Source of the DNA: Azolla caroliniana
Lineage: Eukaryota > Plantae > Polypodiophyta
Length of the DNA: 64,000 nt
Direction of reading: 5' to 3'
NCBI GenBank assembly: GCA_043228905.1
Contig: JBHGNT010000001.1
Location: forward strand, 8,990,001 to 9,054,000
The notes below the pieces were generated by a model. It was not told the DNA's origin and did not search any database. It saw nothing but the letters and a program-made list of their open reading frames with translations. A program made the translations under genes and the position numbers. Shown piece by piece: positions 55,301 through 64,000 of this stretch. The stretch's first letter is position 1. Every line of letters starts with the position of its first letter.

Positions 55301-56637
55301 GCCAGTCGTTGTTCCTCGAGTTCACATAGCGCTGTTAACCGTATTGCCTCCGACTCCTTCTCGTTCAGCCGTTCCCGTAGCTGGATCCGTAAGCTTGGTA
55401 CTTGGAATTCCACCGGCATGACTGCCTCTAGTCCGAACGCTAACCGGAACGGTGTTGTTCGGATGCTCGTTTTGTATGCTGTCCGGTATGCCCAAAGCGC
55501 GCTATGTAGCTTGGTATCCCAATCCGTTTGGTTTTCGTTGACGATCTTCCGGAGGATATTCTGGAGCGTTTTGTTCGTCGACTCAGCTAACCCGTTTGCT
55601 TGCGGATAGTACGGTGTGCTCCGTTTATGGACAACGACATAGAATGTCGTCAGGCTTTCAACTACTTGGTCGAGAAAGTGCCCCCCTTGGTCGCTTATTA
55701 ATTCGATTGGGCATCCGTAACGGCACCAGATGTATTCGTATAGAAATTTTGCCGTTGACGCAGCGGTGCGTTAGAGTGGGTCTATGTTGTAAACTAACAT
55801 CCAACATAACATTATTGTGTTCTTGCCACATTGCGTACATATTGGCCCATAAATAATAAGCCATTTATATGTATCAAACACATATGTGATGAAATTTGTT
55901 GCTGGTGTCTCTCTAGTAATCTTCACTCGTGCTGCTCCATCACCTTGATTGAATTCGTCTTTTGTTCATATATTTCTACCTCAATGCATTTTCTAGCTAC
56001 CTGTGTTTATATTGTGTGTTGCCTAATGCCATATTGCCGCAGCTTTGTTGATGTAGGTGATCAAGGTGTCAACGATGCACGATGGTTCCATAATGATTCT
56101 ATATTAGTCACAGCTAGTGGAAATGGAAGGTATAGTAAAAAGGCAATAGATTTTAAGTGTAACACTTACTAAAGATATTTTTCACTAAACATTTTACTTC
56201 ACAATGTTTTGAAATGTTCAGCATTGCCATGTGGGATGTGTCACTAGGTGACCCTTGTATAAGGCACATGACAAGTCACACACGTTGTGTAAATACGGTA
56301 AAATGATGTTATATGCACCAAATTTGTCCCACCACTATTTGTTTTCCTGGAAAGAATACTATACAGTCAACAATATTTATGCACCATATATGATTTTCAG
56401 GTTGTGATTTCACCAAATGATACATACATCTGCAGTGGTGGTGATGACCAGAAAGTGGTAAGGAAAAAGTAAATAAAAAATGTATCATGATAATATGAAA
56501 AAAAATGAAGATTTCTCGTTTGAGGGGTCATGTGATTGGAAATGTGCTGGCAGGTACTTTATGAAAATATAAAGGATATATCTAGAAATCATTGGCGTCT
56601 AACACACCCACTACTCGAGGAGGCACCCATTGATTGA
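37378..56637 (+). CDS. WD40-repeat protein with acidic N-terminus and a duplicated helical domain. Exons approx. 37378-38106, 39698-39961, 41653-41731, ~41802-41837, ~42256-42334, 42867-43180, 43256-43495, 43572-43705, 44553-44627, 45914-45985, 46131-46196, 46462-46579, 46664-46760, 46845-47001, 47089-47137, 47209-47291, 47373-47599, 56043-56129, 56222-56297, 56401-56457, 56554-56637
   Basis: WD-type motifs LIGHDCQ, VKIWD, GHRKKINAM, VLLWN, VQIWD, VGLFD, IVWD, IAMWD, SHTRCVN, CSGGDDQKVVLY. The frame is kept across the 47600-56042 intron (GG|C). Two small exons near 41.8-42.3 kb are uncertain. Confidence 0.82.
37729..37878 (+). repeat. Coding 54-bp (18-aa) tandem repeat x3, QDGSGF(V/I)HVEGE
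   Basis: caagatggatcagg starts at 37729, 37783 and 37837. Confidence 0.92.
38440..39050. mobile_element. Foldback/MITE-like element with long degenerate inverted arms (left arm tandemly duplicated) in WD40 intron 1
   Basis: cccataaggaccta...tgggagcctaaggag.tgagctatattaag at ~38466 and ~38587; reverse-complement copy at ~38945-39050. No TSD identified. Confidence 0.55.
43975..44250. repeat. Degenerate ~100-bp triplication in a WD40 intron
   Basis: aat.tag.taca...ttttt...aaatat...agc.tt.gaatt..ctg.t.aga at ~43976, 44074 and 44183. Confidence 0.7.
48183..50378 (-). mobile_element. Gypsy-type LTR retrotransposon A, 3' part: RNase H, integrase, PPT and a short (~150 bp) 3' LTR
   Basis: TVDTSPTGIGW; HHCC zinc motif; WMVD..VADRGE..YNPEANGKVE; WFGPY. 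PPT ggtgggggcgga is followed by TGTCGTGA at 48332 and CA at 48183. Premature stops near 50140 and 49969. Confidence 0.9.
50379..52169 (-). mobile_element. Non-coding TGT...ACA element B (1791 bp) with 4-bp TSD CCGT inserted in the RT of element A; non-autonomous Ginger-like element or solo LTR
   Basis: TSD ccgt at 50375-50378 and 52170-52173; removing the element restores the host frame PLYGLLKK. Imperfect terminal inverted repeat tgtcgcgaagt / tgtcgtgatgt. TATA-like cctataaaagg on the minus strand at 51775-51785. Confidence 0.85.
50655..51285. repeat. 105-bp tandem array, ~6 copies, inside element B
   Basis: ctttatgaggaggagaggtgcatggg at 50677, 50782, 50887, 50992, 51097 and 51202. Confidence 0.97.
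52170..52546 (-). mobile_element. Gypsy element A continued: RT fragment
   Basis: ITMPFLDDIPIKG (YxDD equivalent), VVGHLC, VRRFLGACAFY, HVAEPLYG; joins in frame to 50378 once element B is removed. Confidence 0.9.
52547..54579 (+). mobile_element. Copia-type pol fragment C (pre-integrase, integrase, partial RT); no LTRs; pseudogenised
   Basis: LWHKRIG, CEACQLGKQ, IHSDVWGP, TPEQNGVAERKN, WRAAMEEE, KPIGCRWVYKVK, MDVKNAFLQG, CRLKKSLYG. Stops at ~53025, 53559 and 53661; frameshift at ~54008. Confidence 0.93.
54580..55772 (-). mobile_element. Truncated integrase-encoding element E with a TGTCGCG terminus related to B (Gypsy-like integrase; Ginger-like candidate)
   Basis: YIWCRYGCPIELISDQG, STPYYPQANGLAESTN, LWAYRTAYK, RWTGPY, VNGFRLKPY. 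The stop at 54815 lies only ~235 bp from the terminus. Inserted after ctttacgg in the Copia RT. Confidence 0.82.
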
Positions 56638-57509
56638 GGAGATTGACTTGAAATTATCTCATCTTTCAAAATACCGAAAGTAATGATTTGATACACAGTA
56701 ATGGCATTTCACCTTTCGAGCACATTCAGCTCAATTCACAAGAAATTAGTTCTGCTCATGAACAAATATGATATGCATTTCCATGTCATTGTAGCTGCAA
56801 CTTGCGAGAAACTTGTTCCCGACAAAGTGGTTAGTGTTTGTTTTGAACTTAAAACTTAGCAGGGGTTAAGAGTGATAATGACTTCTAGCAAATGTGTGCT
56901 TATTTTGTTCGATAGCTAAACAATCTTGTATGTATAAACACAATACTGATCAATGTGTATTAGGTCAGTGTATTCGCCACGAAGAGATATTATTCTTGTA
57001 AAAATCAGCTAAAATATATTATTGTAGCTCTTTGCCCTCAATTACTACTTGCTCTGTATGGACAATATTTTAGAATATTTTCAGCGATAGATATGCCAAT
57101 AATTAATGTTGTGCATAGGCAACAATCCTTCGACGTCAGGTAGTAATGTGATGGTCAACAGCCATATATTTAATCAAATTACGGAATGCATTCATTGAAG
57201 GAATAGAATCCTAGCTAATCGTAACAAATTTTTTTGCATATGTTGTGATTATTTATTTTTTAGGTTTCCTTAACTATTTCTCTAATTGTTTTAAACCTAG
57301 GTGGTGGTTGGAAACTATTTTTAGGGAAGGTGAACATTGAATAGTATGAGTAAAGAAACGATAAAAATCACCTTCAAAAAATGCACCAAATAGTCGTAAG
57401 GATGAAAATCAAAAGTATTTGAATTTTTGGGGTTTCATTCTAAGTGAGAACTTGGGTGTATCTATCAAAGCATTAACCAACTTTATAATAATGTTCGATA
57501 ATCAACTGA

Positions 57510-58200
57510 AGTTTGTCTTGAATGATAACTATATTTTCCATATTCCTTGAGATTCAATTTGTCAAGTTTTGGTATAACCATTGTTTAGATTATGTGTTTT
57601 GGGATTCATATTTGATTCTCATTGCTTCATGATAAAGGCATGAATATGAGAGCTTTAAATTTTATTTGGTTACTAGAATTAAAAAGAACTTGTTAAGCAT
57701 TGTTGAAGCAAATGTATCTTGGTCTTTAAAGACAATCCAATGAATTCTCAAGCATGAGCCACAATCTAATAACATGGTATGCTTTGTAGATTACTGTAAA
57801 TGATAAATATATATTTATATTTCATAGGCAAATATTTCTTGTTCTTCAAAGACCATACACTATAAACAAGTGTGAGCCACAATTTGATGACATAGTATCT
57901 TTTCATAAATGTCAACAATTTGAAGAAAGATGTAAAGTTTTCAAAAAAGCTTCTCAAATAGATGAAAGAATTAAATCTTGAAACTTTGGAGAATATTAAA
58001 GGAGAGTAGAAGGAACCTAGGCATGGAATCTTGACATTAGTTTATTTGCTTTATAAATCTTATCTAGTTTCTCTTTCTAGTTTGTCTTGAATGATAACTA
58101 CATTTTCCAAATTCCTTGAGATTTAATTATTTCAAGTTTTGGCATAACCATTGTTTAGATGGTGTGTTTTGGGATTCACATTTGATTCTCAAGGCATGAA
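57510..58200. repeat. ~110-bp direct repeat pair in decayed intergenic TE-like sequence
   Basis: gtttgtcttgaatgataacta...ccattgtttagat...gggattca.atttgattctca at ~57511 and ~58080. Confidence 0.85.
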
Positions 58201-61200
58201 TGTATAAGGGAAGATGCGCACTAAGTATAGTTGGCTTGTTTTGGTCTAATAGAAAAGCTTTCCTGGTTGTGTGGAAATTTTCACATTACATGTACTCTTA
58301 AGGATGTGAGTGTTCATACATATCCTTGAGGTTCAGATGAACTTGTTGGATTAAGCTACTTGGACTTTAGTTAGGGTTGCTTGAATAACATTGTCTAGTT
58401 AAAATTTCTCACATTTGGGAAGCAAAGAGGTAAAGTTGGAACTCAAGTTTGCTTGATCATAGAATATGTATGCACATTTCAACACCATGACATGAAGAAT
58501 AAGACTTGGTTGTCTTGTTTTTTTCCGAAAAGAAACGATTCCTTATTATTCTCGTAAAGTAGTGTGAATCCATACTTATCCCTAGTGTTTAGCTAAAGTG
58601 ACTAGACAAGAACAACTTTAAGTCTGATTAGATCTATTGGACTATAATCCTTATATATGTTTTGACTTGGGAGAGGGCGAGTTACAAGCAATGCATGGAT
58701 GGTTAAAAACCACATTTTCCTTTTGCCTCTTAAAAGTTGTTTAAGTTTCTTTCTTTCTTTTGTTTGGAGACAAATGTAAGCAATGTTCATACATTTTTGG
58801 GGAAAATGATTACAAATATAAGTTGGTGGCCATTTCTTGTCAACAACAATTGTGAAGGGCATGTTGCAACCACCACTTAGGATTCAATTAAAGATGTGGA
58901 GGAATCCAAAGAATGTAGTATGCACATGTGTGTGGATGCACGGATCCATTTGTTATGTACACATAACGCAGGTGAGGGTAGGTAACTAATATTTACATAA
59001 GTGAAGGATATGTGCACTAATGTTAAAGAGGGGACTAATGTGATTGGATAGAAGGAATGATAGGTGCATGTACTATCATGATTTGGATAACCAATGAATG
59101 GAGAGCCTTTTAGAAAGGCACATCTATTCAAGGGACCTAGAAAGAGGTATAAATATGAGGCTTAGCTACCCTCATAAGCACATTACGTCTGAAGGTTGTT
59201 GTCTTAGACACCGGTATGCGGGCTAGATTTCGTCTCGACGATCATGTTATCTCTTCCAAGGTATTAGTCATCCTAATATCCGGAGGTATGGGATGTCGGT
59301 GGTAGGTTGGCTATGTCTAGATCATAGCTCGGGGGTGGTCGGGTGGAACGGGTTCCTCTATCCAATCTATTTTCCTTCTTTTTACTTTATTTTGGTCTAT
59401 TGATTAGTAATAGACTCTTAACACCATTGGATACGCAAAAGTCAACTCCCAATATTGCTAGGGGGGCATAGTCTTCTAAAAAGTCTTGATACCATTCAAA
59501 ATGATTTGGTCATGTGTATATGAAGCAAACATTCACGATCCAAAAGTTGGTTTACATACGAAAACAATTATATAAATGGTTTCAGTGTTAAATTTAAGGC
59601 ATGTATGGAAGTTGGAAAACCTTATAAAAAATCTAAAACACAATGACACTATACTTTGGTTATAACTCGCCATCAACTTAAATGGCAAGTATTGGTGTAT
59701 AAACTTGGATGACTACAATATTTGACTCCTTGTGCATGCCCACTTAACTTCCATCTTTAATCCTTGCTCTAGCTTCACACTTGCCCCTCTATAGTAAGAG
59801 GAGAAAACCCTCGCTCACATGCAAATTTGGAATTCTTGCTTCGTTCTTGTTTAAAAAAAATAACAATATGTTTTATTTATGTCATTTTATAAGCATAATT
59901 GAAAAGTGGTGAGATTACTAAACATACTTTGATATTCCCATTACCATGTATAAATATGTATAGCAGCTTCCATTACAAAAAACATGATGTGCGAGTGTTT
60001 TCAACCCTAGAGTTATGGAAAAAGAATTTGTAGATACTTATTTTGAGGAGAAACTATAAGTTTGGGTAATACAAACATGTAAAATATGTTGTAAGAGACA
60101 TATTGGATTTGAGTTAATGAATCTAGACATCAACTCACTTAATTAAAGCTCATTATTGAAATTTATAACCGATCTATTTCTCAAAGCTAATGTGTGTATA
60201 TTTTAATCATCAATAATTACTTAATGCCACATTAGCATATGGTATGGTCATCATTAACTTATGACTAAGTTATGGTAGATGAATACAAAGCACTCAATTT
60301 GTGAGGGATATTGAAAGTTTGATCAGATAGTCATGAATCATGATAAAGCATGCCCTCGCAATTATCATGCATGATTTCATAACCACTATGGGTGTGAGGG
60401 ATGTCCAAATGTAGGCAATCACATGCCAACAATGAGCATGGGGAAAGATATTAAAAGTTATAATCAAAATAAATGCCAACCTGTTGCATAAACATATGGC
60501 AATGTGATCGCTATATTAATATATACCATATGTATCATATTGCATATGAAAGACCTGAATTCGTAAAATTGAACTAGTGTCCTTACAAACACATTGTATT
60601 CACTAAGGAATTTCATACTCTAGAACTTAATGGAAGCGAAGATTCATCGTTCCTACATGGAATTAAAGAAGAGCTATAAATTTGCTATTATTTGCATGGA
60701 CTTTCAAGTTGAAGTGATTTTTTATAGACAATAAAAGAAATGCAATATATTTGTCGCGTAAAATGTCTCGATTGGTTAACATCTCCATCAATGGCTTGCA
60801 AAACGCAACTTCTTTCAATTTCATAAACACTTAATTGAGCCAAATTTGCTTTATATAACTTCCCAAAGTAGTCATATTTTTATATTTTTCATACACTAAT
60901 TAATATTAATGAGCGTTGACAAACTCTTTTTTAGATGAGCTCTTGTATGTAATTATTCAAAGGAAATTTAAAGAAAACGGGATACAAATTAAATAGAGTT
61001 CTTTGACAGACATTGAAAGTGACACTAACAACAAATATTCAAATTTTGTGTTGGTCAAAATAACGGAAAATAAATGTCACATTAACCAAAATCAAGTTTC
61101 GTGTATGTATTCAAAAACTCTTGATCCAAGAAGTTAAAAGAGTATGTTGTATTTTAATAGGATCAAACCTTGCTATTTGTTTATGGTGTGTTAAACAATA

Positions 61201-62448
61201 TCTGTATTGCAAATACGTACAATTATTGGTGGACTAAAAAGTAAACATCTTAATTTTCCAAAAACTTGCCTTAATGACAATGCCGTAATCTATATATATT
61301 AATAAACATAATATATTAATATACATATAATATATATATATATATATATAATGCACTAATGTATACCTTCCTCAACCCCCTTTGGCGCTAATCATGTGCA
61401 AAGGACATTTTAGACATGATTGTCTTAAGAAATAAGCCAGAGTCAATGCTTTATTGGAGGGATTTCAAAAGTAAAACATGGAGGGATTTGCAAATTGCAA
61501 TGTAGATTGTAATTTAAACTTCTTTCTAAATGTGAACCATGTGCAACATTACACCAAGTAAGGTCACATTGTTATTCAACATATATTTACAAATGATGAG
61601 TTTTCTCTAGGCAACAAGATTTTGTAAGGCTGGATATCATTTGGTTAATATATTGTTACATGATTAGCCCATATTGGATGCCTCTAATACGTAAAATGAT
61701 TCACAATGATCATATCTTTGAGGAAACTTTCTACAAACTCTAGACACGAGCAAAAGGGAAAAGAAAAAGTTAAAAGTGTGAGAGAAAACATAAATAGACC
61801 AAGATAAGACTTTATTTATCATTGTCGGAGGTCAAATACACCCCACGTCACCAGAGTGACAACGGAGTAGGTGTGTGCAAAAAGGCCTATATCTAGCACA
61901 CAAGTAGATCTCGATCGAGCAGGCACGCGAAGATCTGTAACTAAGAGAGTGAAACATGTGCGGGGGGGGGGGGGGGGGGGGGTGTTGTAGGAACATGCGA
62001 GGGTCGAACATGTCGCCAATGAAAGCCAACCTTTGGGTAGGCAAGGTGCATGTGCACCTCTACAAAAAGCCTCCCGTGTTTCCTTGTTGCTAGGAAGGAG
62101 GAGGTTCGGGAGCCTTTCACTATGTGTGGTGTGTTGTTCACGGACGGACGAGTATATGTGTGTGTCCAAATAAGAACACATACTAAAAAGAGGGGTAGTT
62201 TGGGAATATTGTGTGTGTGTAGTCTGTAGACGCTAAATAAGAACACAAATACTAAAAACAGGGGGGAATGAGAGAGGGGTAGTTTGGGAATTTGGTGGAA
62301 TTAATGACAAAGCAAAAGGGAGGGGTATGGAGTGTAATTTCCGAAAATCAGCCTTTCACTAACCAAATAAACCAAATCGCCTCTCTCTCTCTCTCTCTCT
62401 CTCATATCTTCCTTCCTTCGTCTGCTGCCCCTACACTGTACTGTGGTC

Positions 62449-63207
62449 ATGGCAATGTCCAGAAGCTTCTCTGCTCTCATTCAATCAGAAGAAGAGGAAG
62501 ACATTGTGGATATTGAAGACGAAGACGAAGACGATATATTGCATCATCAGAGGAAGAGCAGATTCCATTGCCGCTTCTTTTACACTGATTTCCTCCATCT
62601 CATTAATTTGCGTCAGTTTAGCTGCCTCAAAATCATCTGTCTCTTCTCACTTCTGGCTGTAATGTAAGTGAATGGATGAATTCTACGCTTTTGTACATTT
62701 CTCTGCCTCTTAAGCAATAAGCGCAATCTGCTTCTCTAGATATCTTTCTCAGCGCAAATGCGCTTTTATCACATCCAAGGAAATCAAACCTCATTTTTTA
62801 GATGCTTTTCTCAGAACAGAAGGGAAGCAATCTGCTATTTTGACGTGTTTTTCCGTAAGGAAAAGAAACCAATCTGCTTTTTACGATGCTTTGTTCGAAA
62901 CAAAATATTCTTCATTTTCAGAAGAAAGCAAGCGGATGCCCTTCTCACGAAGAAATCAATTTGCTTTCTACTATTGCACTTTTCTCTGCGTCTCCTTGAA
63001 CAAAGAAATCTGCTTTTTGCTGTGCTTTTCTCCAGAAGAAAAGAAAGCAAATTGGGGTTCAAACAATACTTATATTAAGCTTTTTGACTGTGGTTTAATT
63101 GTACCAGGACCTGGGGGCGTTTCTTTTTCGTTCTTCCTGGCAATCCCAATCTAAACTTGGGATATTCTGTGGCCTGGAAGAAGGCGATAATACACTCTGC
63201 TTCAAAG
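62449..63207 (+). CDS. 5' part (exons 62449-62663, 63108-63207) of a gene running off the window; probable type II membrane protein, family not identifiable
   Basis: CT-rich leader; MAMSRSFSAL, acidic stretch, then hydrophobic KIICLFSLLAVM|TWGRFFFVL; strong donor gtaagt and a phase-2 match to exon 2. Confidence 0.6.
62720..63020. repeat. Degenerate intronic minisatellite (caatctgct core)
   Basis: The core or a variant recurs at ~62724, 62828, 62870, 62958 and 63006. Confidence 0.55.
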
Positions 63208-63479
63208 GTATACGTATCAATACCCATACCCATGCATACACCTACATTTACACACACACACACAAACAAACATAGTATTGTACAAGTGTGAAGGTAAGAG
63301 TTTTGTCCAAAACATTGATATATGTTGTTTATTTATAGAAAACAAGGAGCTAGGGGTTACAGGCACATATAGATATATGTAGCATAGCAATAAACATTAA
63401 CTTGAGGCTTATATGTGAAGGTTAGCCAATCATCCAAATATTTTTTATATGTTTTTTGACCTTTCCTATGGACTAGAAT

Positions 63480-63860
63480 GACGAATGAGGGATTATACCA
63501 GGTGTTAATAGCTGATGTTTTTCATGCGCTTGTTTGAAGTTAGAGGTTCATATAGACTTTCAGTATGTCCATTCTATGTTGTTTAGACTTCCTTGCTGAA
63601 CACAAAATCAAGAAAGGAGGGATTATACCATAGCTATGGTGTTAATATAAGTATTGTTTTGTTTGAACCCTTAATTCTTGGGGTAACATTTTATGGCTAT
63701 TCTATGTTCAGCCTTTCTTGTCGAATACAAATTTGCAACTAAGAGATTATGCCATTAGCCATTGTGTTAACAGAGCTATCTTTTAAATCCTTTAGTGTGA
63801 GATAAGTCTTCAGACATCATTGATTATGGCCATTCTATCACTATGTTTAGGTTTCGTGTT
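63480..63860. repeat. Degenerate ~125-130 bp triplication in an intron
   Basis: gattat.cca...gtgttaa and atg..cattctat-like blocks recur at ~63487, 63618 and 63743. Confidence 0.6.
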
Positions 63861-64000
63861 AATATAATTATTGTTTTGGAAGAGTCAGTGAGATGGGGTA
63901 GTAGGCTTAGACAACTCCAATGATTGATTACCATCTTTCTCCATTTTTTTTGCATGGTCATTCACAAGAAAACATGGTTTTTTTTATCATACAGGAAGGT

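Noticed and set aside
58860-59420. Possible solo LTR
   Set aside because: A TATA-like motif and a mildly GC-richer stretch are present, but no defined termini or TSD.
61960-61985. Poly-G tract as a functional G-quadruplex
   Set aside because: Simple homopolymer in TE-like intergenic DNA with no supporting evidence; its length is error-prone.

Overview
Land-plant nuclear DNA: AT-rich, with spliceosomal GT-AG introns. A seed-free, fern-like lineage is my impression from the TE families and cannot be confirmed from the sequence. I reconstructed five complete protein-coding genes by hand with phase-consistent splice sites: a MyoB/GTD-binding (DUF593) protein (+), a WNK kinase (-), an N-acylated glutaredoxin-like/Cys-rich protein (+), a WRC-RING-JmjC KDM3-type protein (-) and a large WD40 protein with a duplicated N-terminal helical domain (+). 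The first two exons of a sixth gene lie at the right edge. The most striking region is an 8.4-kb intron of the WD40 gene that holds a GC/CpG-rich nest of Gypsy and Copia fragments. Two related TGT-ended elements in that nest inserted at the same CCGT/ACGG target, one with a clean 4-bp TSD and one carrying an integrase with no recognisable LTR or PPT. This pattern suggests Ginger-like integrase-based DNA transposons, although solo or deleted LTR elements are not excluded. Also present are a hAT-type MITE with perfect TIRs and an 8-bp TSD, a JmjC domain with substituted 2-oxoglutarate ligands, decayed TE tracts and many intronic tandem duplications.
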